This document shows positions 13,227 to 32,056 of a stretch of DNA of 64,000 nt, one piece after another (the stretch's first letter is position 1; every line of letters starts with the position of its first letter). The translations under genes and the position numbers were made by a program. The notes under the pieces were generated by a model. That model had not been told where the DNA came from. It was given only the letters and a program-made list of their open reading frames with translations, and did not search any database. This stretch comes from the human T2T-CHM13v2.0 reference genome, Homo sapiens. The stretch is from assembly GCF_009914755.1 (NCBI RefSeq), contig NC_060927.1; one strand, 5' to 3'.

Positions 13227-15420
13227 ATTTTAACAGAAGAGGTCCTAAGAGGCAAACCGTTAAAATGGAATTTTGGAACTGGATCATCAACCAGCCACCT
13301 GGCAATGAGGACATCATCCCTCGTAGTAAGTGGAGTACTGATACCACCTGGCGTGCTGTGGCTGCAAAAGTTAAAACTTTTACCCGTGCAGAAGTTGTGA
13401 TGGGATATCGGTAGGAAGTAATGAAAGCAATATCTCAGGCATTTGAGAGGCCTATCGAAAATTGTGATTATATGGAGTCAGATAGTGGTTGCTGGAGGCT
13501 ATTGCTGCACTGCAGAAATATAATAAAAGATGTGAAGGTGATTAATTACCAATGTAAGATGATCTGTGAACATCACGGGACTTCCTTGGCAGCATATGAA
13601 GAAGCTCATCTCCTGTAGTCACAGGGGAGAAAAAGCAGAGGATCAGGCCAGGGACTTCATTATAAGGAAAGTGGAGTTCTGCAAAAGGCTGAATTTTCAT
13701 GGTAAGTCCACTATGATAAGGTTAGGGCTTTGATTAGGAAGAAGTGGGACCCTGTGACTTGGGATGGGGACATCGGGTCAATGAATCTGAAAATCTCAAA
13801 TTCTGAGATTCCCCTAAATGCTCTGGGCCTGCAGAAGTGACCTGCCTTTCCCTGCTAAACACTAGTGCTCCTCACTTGCTTGAAGATAAGAGGCTTCTGT
13901 CCTATAAGACAACACATGCCCAGCTCAGAAAATGCCCCTAGAACAATAATTAGAGTTAAGTCACGAAATAACTCATCCAGGGAGGTGTTGAGATCACTAG
14001 GGGAGAAAAGGGATCATACCCTTAAGGTGCTGTAGGACGTAGCCAACACCTATCAGCAGAAGCGAGGAGAGCATGTGTGGGACTAGACCTGAGGTTGCTA
14101 GATCAAGTGAGTGGCAGAACATAAACTTTGGTAGGTAGAGTTTATCCACATGGAAACACTCTTCAAGACACAAGATTCAACGCCTAGGCACTCTAGGAGA
14201 CGTTGTTAATATGCTGCTAGGTTAACCATTGAATCTGCTATGGCAGATGGTTGAGGAAGAGATCCAAAGTCTCAGAGAAGTAGCTTGAGGTAAGGATATG
14301 TGGGCAATGGTAAACAGCTTGGATGATTGGTCAAGTCCTAGAAGGAGGAATATTGGAAGTCAGGGGACAGTGAGAACTAGGGAACTTAGAGATGGATGAC
14401 CTGTGGGAGTGGGTGTGAAATGTGAAAAGCAGTGTATCACATATTAATGACCTCCAGAGAACACCTACTACAGAAGGTGAATTAAGCAACCAAGTAGACA
14501 GAGCGGCCAGGCTAGCTGACATCAGCTAGTCACGATCACTGCCCACCTTAGCACTGGCATGACTGGCCCATGAACAGAGTAGGCATGGTTGTAGGGATGG
14601 AGGCCATGCATGAACCCAACAGAAGGGGCTCCCACTCACCAAGGCTGATCTAGTTGCTGAATGTACAATTCACTAGCCAGAGACTAGTAAATGCTGCACC
14701 CCGGGGGCTGGTACTCAAGGATACCAATCAACCACTTGGCGGTAAGTAGGCTACATCAGAACTCTTCTACTCTGGGAGGATCAGTGATCCATCTTGGCTG
14801 GAATTGACGTATATTCCAGATATCGGTTTTTCTTTTCTGACTACAGGGTTTCAGCACCATTCTCCAAGGACTTAGAATCTGAATCAGTGGTACAAGACCT
14901 CACATAATATTGCATCAGGGAAAAGGACATACTTTGGAACAAAAGGACAAAAGAGGTATAGAAGTGGATGGACGACTATGGGATCCTCTAGTCCAATCAC
15001 ATATTGTACTACATAGAAGCCGCTAGCCTTCCTATTAGAGCAATGGGATATATCTTTGCAGGTACTGTTGAGGTGCCAGTTTTGAAATGATGCCCCGTGA
15101 AATGGGGTATCACTCTCCAGGATATAGTTCATACTCTAAATCAATAATCACATATGGTGCTATGTTACCAATAGATAGAATACAGGGTTATAGACACCAA
15201 ATAGTGGAAGTAGAAGTGGCCCCCTTGGGGAATTTTATTTCCCGCAAAAGCAACTAACACTCTTTATCTAGAAGTCCTGGTTCCTAGAGGGGAAATACTT
15301 CCACCAGAGATAGAGTAAGAATCTGTTAAGCTATGACTGCCCCCCAGTCACTTCTGGCTCTTTGTAACCATCCTGGCATGGGTAATTGACCCTGCTCATC
15401 AGAAGAAGGTAAGATTACAG
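13227..15420 (+). mobile_element. Degenerate ERVL (HERV16/ERV3-16A3-like) internal region, gag and integrase remnants
   Basis: 13718-13774 translates to KVRALIRKKWDPVTWDGDI (ERVL Gag/Fv1-like motif). From 14566, AHEQSRHGCRDGGHA*TQQKGLPLTKADL; near 14790, ILAGIDVYSRYRF (ERVL integrase). Many stops. Confidence 0.85.
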
Positions 15421-15627
15421 ATAAAACATAGGCAAGGCTGTAGAGAAAACTAGAGTAACATAATTAACAAGCTTGATCTAATAGTAGAATTCCATATTCA
15501 TGAAATAGAGAATGAAAATTCTAGCACACATAGAATATTTATGAAAACTGATGGCAGGTGAGATCAAAAGAAGTCTATTAAACAAATACTGAAGAGTTGA
15601 TGGCTTGTAAGTTGACTATTGCTAAGC

Positions 15628-15941
<314 letters not shown>

Positions 15942-15958
15942 TAATCATGCACCTTCAC

Positions 15959-16719
15959 TGTTGTAGGTTAGGTTTCCTGGGAAGCAGACTCTGAGACTGA
16001 GATTCATGTGCAAAATTATCAGTTATAACCCAAACCTTGGCATCATGCAATATTCCCATGTAACAAACCTGCATGTGTACCCCCAATCTAAAATCAAAGT
16101 TGAAATTATAAATAAATAAACAAATAAACAAAAAAACCCCAAAATGTTTAGGGAGTGATCTCAGAATTAACACCATTGAAAGAGAGGAGAGAGAAGCAGG
16201 AATGAGCAGAGGAAGAAGTTGAGGAGCATTGCAGGATGAAGGAAGACCCCATTCCAATCAATGTGACCCACCAGGAGGAAGACCCCATTCCAATCAATGT
16301 GACCCACCAGGAGGAAGACCCCATTCCAATCAATGTGACCCACCAGGAGGAAGACCCCATTCCAATCAATGTGACCCACCAGGAGGAAGACCCCATTCCA
16401 ATCAATGTGACCCACCAGGAGGAAGACCCCATTCCAATCAATGTGACCCACCAGGAGGAAGACCCCATTCCAATCAATGTGACCCACCAGGAGGAAGACC
16501 TCATTCCAATCAACGTGACCCACCAGGAGCTCTAGACTATGTCAGCCCTGCAGAGCTGGGGTAAGGGGACGCCTGAACGGAGCAAATTACCTTTGGAAGA
16601 AGGTGTGACCTTGAGCAAGGCAGTCCCTAAAGAAGGCCATCTTCTGGCAGCACTTCTGGAAGCTGGGAGAATTAATCAATCTTTCATTCCTGAAAGAGGA
16701 TCTGGGTAGCACACCACAG
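15959..16719 (-). mobile_element. LTR16-family LTR carrying an L1 3' fragment (about 16025-16145) and a VNTR
   Basis: Starts tgttgtaggttaggtttcctgggaagcagactctgaga and ends ctgaaagaggatctgggtagcacaccacag; reverse-complement similarity to 12845-13226. Confidence 0.75.
16240..16529. repeat. Minisatellite, 8 x 36 bp (GGAAGACCCCATTCCAATCAATGTGACCCACCAGGA)
   Basis: Units start at 16241, 16277 ... 16493. Seven are identical; the last differs at 16501 and 16514. Confidence 0.99.
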
Positions 16720-16984
16720 AAAATTTTAGTATATATATCTAATATGCAGAATGCTTATTGACTTACAAATCATATACTTTTCCTATTATATTGATATACA
16801 TGTACATTATACAACACAAAAAAGAAATTTATAAGTGATTAGATATTGATTAAATAATGTATTAAAACACGTTACTAATATGTGATGGTTTCATATTATT
16901 ATTAGCTAATATCAGACAGTATACTTTTAGGGCAAACTTCACTATTTATGGCAGGTACATAAATACTTCTTTTTTAAAAAAATT

Positions 16985-17285
<301 letters not shown>

Positions 17286-17489
17286 ATCGATCAAAATTTC
17301 TAATAATCTTCTTGATAATTTCCATTTTTTTTGGCCAACTTCTTGCGAGATTTGACTAACTCATTCTACCTTGTAATGCAGCTGACTAAAAGCTGACACC
17401 AGAACTGCCAGCTTTGCCATTTTCTCGTTGCTCACCTTTGCTTGCTTTGTTTTATCTTCAATTGTGCTTTCTTTGAAGGAATCCTTTTT

Positions 17490-18035
17490 TTTATAATTTT
17501 ATTTTTTAATTAACAAATAATAGCTATACATATTCATGGGGCTTATGGCGATGTTTTGATACATACACTGTATACTGTTCAGATCAGGCTAATTAGCATA
17601 TCCATCAGTTCAAACATTTATCATTTCTCTGAGTCTAGAAAATTCAATATTCTCCTTCCAGCTATTTGAAACTATATAATATATTATTGTGAACTGTATC
17701 ATCCTACAGCGGTATAGAACACTGGAACTTATTCCTCCAATCTAGGTGTAATTTTGTATCCTTTAACAGACCTCTCCCTCTCCCTCCTTTCCCCTTACCC
17801 TTCCCTGCCTCTGGTATCCTCTGTTCCACTTTTTTCACTTCTATGAGATCTGCTTTTTTTAGCTTCCCCATATGAGTGAGAACATGTGGTATTTAGCTTT
17901 CTGTTCTTGGCTTATTTCACTCAGCATAACATCTTCCAGTGCCATCCATGTTGCCACGAATAACAGGGTTTATTCTTTTTTACGGCTGAACAATATTCCA
18001 TTGTGTATGTGTACCCCATTTTCTTTATCCATTCA
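17490..18035 (-). mobile_element. L1MA-type 3' end
   Basis: Reverse-complement L1 3' UTR (atatgagtgagaacatgtggtattt...tggcttatttcact). Confidence 0.85.
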
Positions 18036-18829
18036 TAAGTAAATTTTTTAAGAGGGCCTCCCTTCAAGGAATTTTTTGTGACGGTTAGTTTAGTTAAATT
18101 AAATAATTTAGTCTGACTATCCACTTACCCCATTACATAGAATCTACAATATTTCTCAATACGCTGAAAGCAAATGAAAGTGGGAGGATACCACTGTCGG
18201 CCTCTGCATTTTGGATGTCTCCTGCTTTGCTCAGGACACCTCACAGCTGTCTGAGATGCAGCCTGTTGAGGGCAACAGTGAACATCAGCACACAAAATAT
18301 TAATCAAGATTAAGTTCTTATTTTGTAGGCAAAAATAAGTAGCAATGGTAGTTCTAGTATCTTCTGCCTGCACCTCTGTGGAACATTTTTCATGCTCTTT
18401 TGGGTAGCGGCACCCCATTTTGGAGATCTCTGATCTAGTGAGCAGAAAGTTTATGTACCCCAGATTTAGTACTTTTAGTCAGTGCTGAGAGATGCTGCTT
18501 TTCCAAGTTTTCTTCTTTTCCCTTATGCTATTGTTAATCACTTCTCCTTCTGTTAATACATATTTTCTTCATGAATGTTTTTTATTTCTAATTAAGTAAT
18601 AGTCAAGCTGAGGTTCAAGTAGGCCTGTGAGACTATTTCCTACCAAATGTTTATTTACAGCCCTATTCTCAGGTTCTTAGTGGGCATCTCCGTCTGCCCA
18701 CAACAATTATATGTGAAACATATACAAATTTCTGAGTAATTAAACATCAAGTTGAAAAACACATCGGACTGGCAAAAACATTTTTTTAAAAAACAAATTT
18801 TATTTAATGAGACTAGATTCTTAACACTA

Positions 18830-19216
<387 letters not shown>

Positions 19217-19249
19217 CTAATTCTTGGATCCCACTTGCATTCATTCAGA

Positions 19250-19740
19250 TTTTAGGGTCAGTTATGAGTAAAGACTTAAAAATAACACAAAATTCTCCAT
19301 GATACGAGTTGATTGCTCTCTCACATAAATGACTGCTGGAGGTAGGGTGGCAATGCTGCTCCATGAGCTCCTCAGGGACCCAGGCTCTTTACTGCTCTTC
19401 ATTCCTGCTCTTCATTCCAGGGCCTGGCCTCTGTCTTCATGGTCTAGTCTAGTGGCTGCAACTCTGGCCATCACATCTGTGTTCCAGGCAGGAAGATGGA
19501 GGAAGAGACAAAAATGAAATGGGCAAAGGCTGTACATCATCTGACTGTGAAGGCCAGTTCCCAGAAGCTGTCATGTGACAATCCCTCTGACATCCCATTG
19601 TCTAGAAGTTAGTCACATATCCACAATTCCATATAAGAGAAGCTGACAAATACGTTGTGTATTCTGGGCAACTATATGTTTAGCTAACAATTGGGACATT
19701 TATCCCTACATAAGAAGAGAAACTTTGGGGGACAGCCAAC
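19250..19740. mobile_element. Old MaLR (MLT1-type) LTR
   Basis: Motifs cagggacccaggctc and catcccattgtctagaagttagtcacat are typical of MLT1J/K/L. Confidence 0.55.
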
Positions 19741-19823
19741 GGTCAATTTCCAAATCAACAACACTCTAGGCCTTGGCCAGCTTTGGAAATCCATGTGCAT
19801 TTAGGATCTGGTTGGAGAAGGTT

Positions 19824-19984
19824 TTGCCCTAAGCTCATGCTAGGGATATCACACTATGGCTAGAATTAGCAACTGTTTGTGTGTCGTCTTAGAGAATGTG
19901 GAATTGCCCTAATCTCATGCTAGGGATATCACACTATGGCTAGAATTAGCAACTGTTTGTGTGTCGTCTTAGAGAATGTGGAAT
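19824..19984. repeat. Tandem duplication, 2 x 80 bp
   Basis: 19824-19903 versus 19904-19983, one mismatch (19833 g, 19913 t). Confidence 0.98.
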
Positions 19985-20135
19985 AGCCTAAGTACAGTGA
20001 AAATGTGCGCATGAGCGACTGCATTAGCTCTGCTCAGGTCATCTTATGAGATGCTTTCAGGCACTCATTCTGCCAGGCTACTTTCAGTTTGGGTGCAAAA
20101 GAAGAAATAAATATTTCAATTGAAATGTGCAGGGG

Positions 20136-20262
20136 GACCAGGTGCAGTAGCTCATGCCTGTAATCTGAGCACTTTGGGAGGCTGAGACAGGAGGATCACT
20201 TGAGCCCAGAAATTTGAGATTAGCCTGGGCAACATAGTATCTATAAAAAATAAAAAATAAAT
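20136..20262 (+). mobile_element. FLAM / Alu left monomer
   Basis: Monomer with an A-rich tail. Confidence 0.85.
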
Positions 20263-21356
20263 TAAATGCCCTGGTATTCTTTGGACAAGAGTTTAAAGTT
20301 CTGTTCATCTCTCTCATATTCCTCTTTCTCAGGGTGCTAGGAAAAAAATATTAAAAAGAACAAACAAAATGCAATCATTTTGTCCCATTTTGTCCCAAAT
20401 TTGGTCCCATTGGTGATCCAGTCTAAACAGAGGTTTTCTCAGCCACTTTTGTCAACTATTATTTAGAAAGATACAGCAATAACCAGAAGAGTTTTTGGCT
20501 TGAAACTGCCACACAGAGTGTCCTGGAAACAAAACTAGGCATTATACAATTCCTGGGGATGTCATTCATATCTTTTCTATGTGGATGACAACCCCTTGGT
20601 ACACAGTATGAATGGTGTCCGCTGGAGTTGTGAATGCTGCTGTCCTGCCTGGAAGCAGTGTAACTTGTCTGTTAATCTCAAAATACGTATAAGCTGGTAA
20701 GATAAGCAGATGGCACTGACAGTCCCAAGAATAGTCAAGAACTATTCTGTTCTTGCAGAAAGCTGCTTTTAAACATAGTCCAGAGAACTTGATTTAATCT
20801 TATCAATGGCTACCAAAAAGGTTCAGATAATCTAGTGAGGCTGCAATATTTCTGATTTCTAGGTATCTGTTTTAAAGACAAATCTAAGACCTTGAAATTT
20901 TAGGTTCCTACAGTGCAGTAGAGTGTGATTTGCATAAAGAATTCTGTAACATCATTAATCAGGGGAATTTAGGATTCCTCACTTTAATTGCTCTCATGCA
21001 CACCTGTTCCTGCTGAAAGTAAATAGAGAGCAACTGCAGCTGCATGGTGGCTTTACTGATTTAAGTACTATCATTAAGAGCATCTTTCAAGCTGGGAGTC
21101 TTACAGCTTCAAGGGTGTTTCCAATATATAATTCCCATCAGAGTCAATGATCATTAGAACATATTTTTTAAAACAAAATCCAAAGTTTTTTTTTTAAGTT
21201 TTAAAATTATTAACAAAATCAGCCATTTAAGCAAGTATATGTTCAAGGACAGGAGAGGATATCCTGAAAATTTCATCATATTAACTACTATTATATGTGG
21301 GACCCAGCAAATTCGAATTAGTTTGGCTTCATTTGATGTAAAATAAGAAGGAATGA

Positions 21357-22505
<1,149 letters not shown>

Positions 22506-22657
22506 CCCCCTTAATCTAGAGGCCACTGTAGGGTGAAAATAAGTTGTAAGAACTCAAAATTAATTCCAGGTTTGAAGAAAAAGTTAGTGGGTTTTTTTTA
22601 ACACTGATTTGAAAGCAAGTCACTTTGGAGACAAAATTACTACTTTCAGGAATCATT

Positions 22658-22663
22658 TTTATT
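22658..22663 (-). terminator. EHHADH: Probable main poly(A) signal AATAAA of EHHADH
   Basis: TTTATT on the + strand about 1.58 kb after the stop; last AATAAA before the downstream Alu cluster. Confidence 0.7.
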
Positions 22664-22929
22664 GATGTCTTTAATTTCACAAACCAAATTATATAAAATT
22701 AAGTAGTACACATTTCAAACATAATAATTGTGCTCTGTACAATTCAAGGCACACTTGGATTTTTTGTTGGTTTTTTGTTTGCTTTTTAACAACGGAAAAC
22801 TTATACTCCATTCAAGATTTTTCCATCAGAACTTTAATCATTTTATTTGGGTTCACAGGTGAAAATATTGTGAAAGTTCATTTACACCACAATGAAGGAT
22901 AACATCTTCAGCCCCATTTATTTACTAAC

Positions 22930-23430
<501 letters not shown>

Positions 23431-24238
23431 AGCCCCTTAATTTTTAACTACACAAGGCAAAAAGTAAAAAGAGAAGAACTCTTACAACAAAATCATACAA
23501 AATATGTTTTGCAACAATTTTAGATTTTTCAAGATTCAACCATTTCCATATGTAACATCACAGAGGCTTGTCATGACAGGAAAACTGGTGTCATTACTCT
23601 ATCACAGAATTGGGAAATCCTAGAAGGTTAGATGTTCTCTAAGACCCTTCTTACACTAAGTTAACGACTTACTACTTTCTATTATTTCTCCATAAACAGA
23701 AGAGGAAAGACCAGAAGAGGAAAGGCTTGCCACACTAACCTAAGTTCCCTGTGCTGGTTTGAAGTACTCAGTTCCCTTACCAATTTCCAACTGTCTTTTT
23801 CCTACAACTTTAATGTTTGTTGAGTGTATGTATGATTCATAAGATTTCTGATCAATACTATGTGTGTGACATTGAAAGGAGTCAAAATGAATGTATGACT
23901 TAGCTGCATTTATCATTTATTAATTGATGACACATTTATCCAATGATAAAAGCATTTGAGAATCTCAACTTATGCCTGAGCCTCTTTCATTAGCTATTAT
24001 GGTATTATATTCACACAAGTTCATGCATTGAATTTATCTGATAAGGACAGATTCAGAGGCATAGGAAGCACATTCCTAAAGATTTGACCATTAGAGTCGT
24101 TACACAGAAGATTCTAATGATTATTTATTTTGCTTTGTATTTCAGAACAATCTTACTTTGGATTTTTGATTTAATTTCACTGAAATTCAGTCAGCATTAC
24201 CTGATGCTAGCATGTGAGGCATAATCTGGAAGACTGAA

Positions 24239-25513
<1,275 letters not shown>

Positions 25514-26200
25514 TCAAAGGAGAAAAAGAATGATTCAGTGGTATTGGGAACTGATAAATTATTCACTGGATGGAAGGCTTATGTGACAATGTGGCATTTA
25601 AAGAGATTGAGTCAAGAAACACAAATGGATTGAGTACTAGTTAAGACTCTGCACTCTCTTAAGTGTTTCAGAGGATATAAAAATTAGTCAGATTCACACA
25701 CACAAATAGAAGCTATACAAACTAATAAATGAGTCCAACGAGATTGTAGGTACACAATTGATATACAAAAATCAAGTATATTTCTATATATTAGAAATAA
25801 ACAATCTGAATATAAAATTAAAAGAAACAATTCTACTTACAATAGCATCAAAAAGAATAATACACAGGAAGAAATTTAACAAAGAATAGGAGGATTTGTA
25901 CACTAAAAAGTACAAAACATTGTTAATAGAAATTAAGTAAGACCAAATAAATGGAAAAACATTAAATGTTTTTGTATCAGACAACTTAATATTGTTAAGG
26001 TGGTAATACTACCCAAATTGATGTGAAGAACCAACACAATTCCTATAAAAATCCCAGCTGGTTTTTTGCAGAATCAATAAGCTGATCCTAAAATTCACAT
26101 AGAAATGCAAGAAATCCAGAAGAGCCAAAACAATACTGAAAAAGAACAAAGTTGGAGGATTCACTCTTCCCAATTTCAAATTGTATGACAAAACTATTCA

Positions 26201-26863
<663 letters not shown>

Positions 26864-27619
26864 CTATAGTATTTAAGACAGTGTAAGATAGTGGTCATTG
26901 CAAAAGGATAGACATATAGATTAGCAGAATAGAACTGATAGCCAAAAGCAAACCCACACAATTATGGCCAATTGATTTTTAACAAGAGTGCCAAGAACAT
27001 TCAACAGAGAAAGTATAGTCTTTTCAACAAATGATGCTGGGACAACTGGATATCCACATGCAAAAGAATGAAGTTGGACCCTTACCTCACACCATATACA
27101 AAACTAACTCAAAATGGATCATAGGCCTAAATGTAAGAGCTAAAACTATAAAATTCTTAGAAGCAGATCTTAGGAGTAAGTCTGATGGATGGATACATCT
27201 TTGTGATCTTGAATTAGGCAATGGTTTCTAAGACATGACACCCAAAGCACAAGCAACACATGGGTAATAATCACATGAAAAAGTGTTCAACATCAATAGT
27301 CATTAAGGGAATGCAAATCAAAACCACAGTGAGATAATGCTTCAAACCCACTAGGATTGCAATAATGAAAAAGACAGACAATAACAAATTTTGGTGAGGA
27401 TTTGGAGAAATTAGAACTCTGATACATTGCTGGCAAATTTTTTAAATGGTACAGTTGCTGCAAAAAACAGTTTAGCAGTTACTCAAAATGTTAAACATGG
27501 AGTTACTTTATGATCCAGCAATTCCACTGATATCTAAATCTCCAAGAGAACTGAAAATACATGTCCACATAAAGCTTGTACATGAATGTTCAGTAGCAGC
27601 ATTATTCAAAATAGCCAAA

Positions 27620-27970
27620 TGCAGCCATAAAAAAGAATAAAATCACACACTTGCAACAACATAGATGCAGCTGGAGGCCATTATCCTAAGCAAATTAACA
27701 CAGAAACAGAAAACCAAATACTGCATGCTCTCACTTATAAGTGTGAGCTGAACACTGGGTACACATGGCCCCAAAGATGGGAACAATAAACACTGGGGAT
27801 TCCAAAAGGGGGAGTGAGGGAAGACGGAAGAGTTGAAAACCTACCTATCGGGTACTGTGTTCACTACTTGAGTGAACATTAGAAGCCCAAACCTTGGCAT
27901 TACGCAATACATACACCCATGTAACAAACCTGCACACGTACCCCCTGAATCTAAAATAAAATTAAAAAAA
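27620..27970 (+). mobile_element. L1PA15-16/L1PB-like 3' fragment
   Basis: tgcagccataaaaaagaa...gtaacaaacctgcacacgtaccccctgaatctaaaataaa. Confidence 0.85.
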
Positions 27971-28329
27971 TAATTTCAGAAACCCTGAGCTAAGGCTGGA
28001 TCCAGAAAATTGTGTATATTACCTGTACACAGAATGTATACACATCTTTCTTATCTCCTCCTTAAGAGAAATAGATCAGTGGCTATCAGTACTTGTTAAT
28101 TAAACTAGGGGGCATTATATCTTCAACAGAATCAACTGTCTTCCACAGAAATGGAATATTCCAAAATCTGAGATACGATGAGACATTTTAAAATGAAATC
28201 TATTAATTTAGTGTAGTTCTCCTGCTTTGTGATTTTCCTGTATCAATGTCACTTGGCATTTTTTAAAGCTTTAAAATATTTTCCTGTAAATTTTGCATTT
28301 ATACAATAAAAATAAATTTCATTTTCTCA

Positions 28330-28731
<402 letters not shown>

Positions 28732-28830
28732 CTAAGTTAAAGAAGCCAGGGCCGGACACGGTGGCTCATGCCTGTAATCCCAGCACTTTGGGAGGCCAGT
28801 GCGCAAGGATCATTTGAGCTCAGGAGTTCA

Positions 28831-29064
<234 letters not shown>

Positions 29065-29319
29065 CTACATATTGTATGGTTCCATTTATATGAAATGTCC
29101 AGAATAGGCAAATCCACAGAGACAGAAAATAGATTCGTGGTTGCCAAGGGCTGGAGGGAAGGGTGATGGAGAGTGACTGTTGATGGGTAGAGGATTTCTT
29201 TGGGGAGTGATGAGAATGTTCTAAAATTGATGTGACAATGGTTGCATAAACTCTGTCAATATCTAACAACCATTGAATTGTATTCTTTTTTGGTGATATG
29301 CTTACTATGCATTTTCTGA

Positions 29320-30581
<1,262 letters not shown>

Positions 30582-30583
30582 TA

Positions 30584-30769
<186 letters not shown>

Positions 30770-31539
30770 TCAGGAGGCTGAGGCACAAAGAATTGCTTGA
30801 AACTGGAAGATGGAGGCTGCAGTGAGCTAAGATTGTGCCACTGCACTCCAGCCTGGGCAACACAGCAAGACCCTGTCTTCAAAAAAAAAAAATTTAAAAA
30901 AAGATACATACATAAATAAAAAGGTGAATTTTATATGTGAGTTACATTTCAATTAAACTGTTATTAAAAAAAAACATGAAGAGCATCAACCTTCAGGGAG
31001 CTTCTGATTTAGCGGTGGAAAGAGGAATTCACAATATCCATTCCATATGGTAAAGTAAATGATGTGAAAAGTTCAAATTTCTTTGATTCAAAGGGAAAAA
31101 ATTACATTCAGTTGGATGAATCAAAAAAAGCTTCAAGACAAAGACATTTGAAATGGACCTTAAAGGAAGATTAGACTGTAATAGGTAAAACTGAGGAAGT
31201 TGAACCATCCAGGTCGAGGAAGGGAAAAACATAGGGAGAAATATTTTAAGCAAAGGCAAGAAAAAAATGGAAAATGAAGAAAAATTATTTGATGAAAAAT
31301 GTTGTTTGTTCCCAACACCAATTCATTTTCCTGCCGGCACACAGAAGACTGTACTTTCTAGATCCCTTGCATCCTGTTAGGGCCTGTGAGTAACTGTGGT
31401 CAATGAAATACGATGGTGGTGATTGGGGGAAATGTGGGTTCTTGGATTGGCTCCTAAAATCTCCCACAAGATCCTCCATTGCCACCCAGATGTAGAGAAT
31501 GCAGAGAATGACTCTGAGGCCTTGCAGGAGGCCTAAAGT

Positions 31540-32056
31540 AGGTGATGGGGTAAACTGTGGCCTGTAGGCCAAACCCCGCCCACTGCCGATTTTTGCACTG
31601 CCTGCAGGCAAAAACATGTTTTTACATTTTTAAATAAAAAATTTTAAAAGTACCATTTTGTGGCACATGAAAAATTATATCGTATTCAAAATTCAGTGTT
31701 CATAAATAAAATTTTATTGGAACACAAGGTTAATTTGTTTCCATATTGTCTATGGCTGGGTTTTTGTTTTGTTTTGTATTTTGTTTGTTTTTAGAGATAC
31801 AGTCTTGCTCTGTTGCCCAGGATGGAGTACAGTGGTGGCATCATGGCTTTCTGCAGCCTCTATGCCCTGGGCTCAAGTGACCTTCCTGCCTCGGCCCCCC
31901 TAGTGGCTGCAACTGAGGCATGTGCCACCATGCCCGGCTCTATGGCTGTTTTTGTGCACAACGGTAGACGTGGGTAGTTGCAACAGAGACTGTATGGCCC
32001 ACAAAGCTTAAATATTTACCATCCGGAACTTTACAGAAAAAGTTTGCTGACCCTTA
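31540..32056. mobile_element. MER58B-like hAT element with an Alu arm (31760-31938, minus), inside an MLT1-like LTR
   Basis: ggtaaactgtggcctgtaggccaaa ... tttacagaaaaagtttgctgaccc; Alu TSD tctatggctg. Confidence 0.7.

Noticed and set aside
13227-15420. Domesticated ERVL gag (Fv1-like) gene
   Set aside because: Motifs are recognisable but broken by stops and frameshifts; no long ORF.
16148-16564. Repeat ORFs (EEDPIPINVTHQ)n, (GGRPHSNQCDPP)n and reverse frames; CRISPR-like 36-bp period
   Set aside because: Units are head-to-tail with no spacers and there are no cas genes in this human DNA. Open frames follow from a stop-free unit length divisible by 3.
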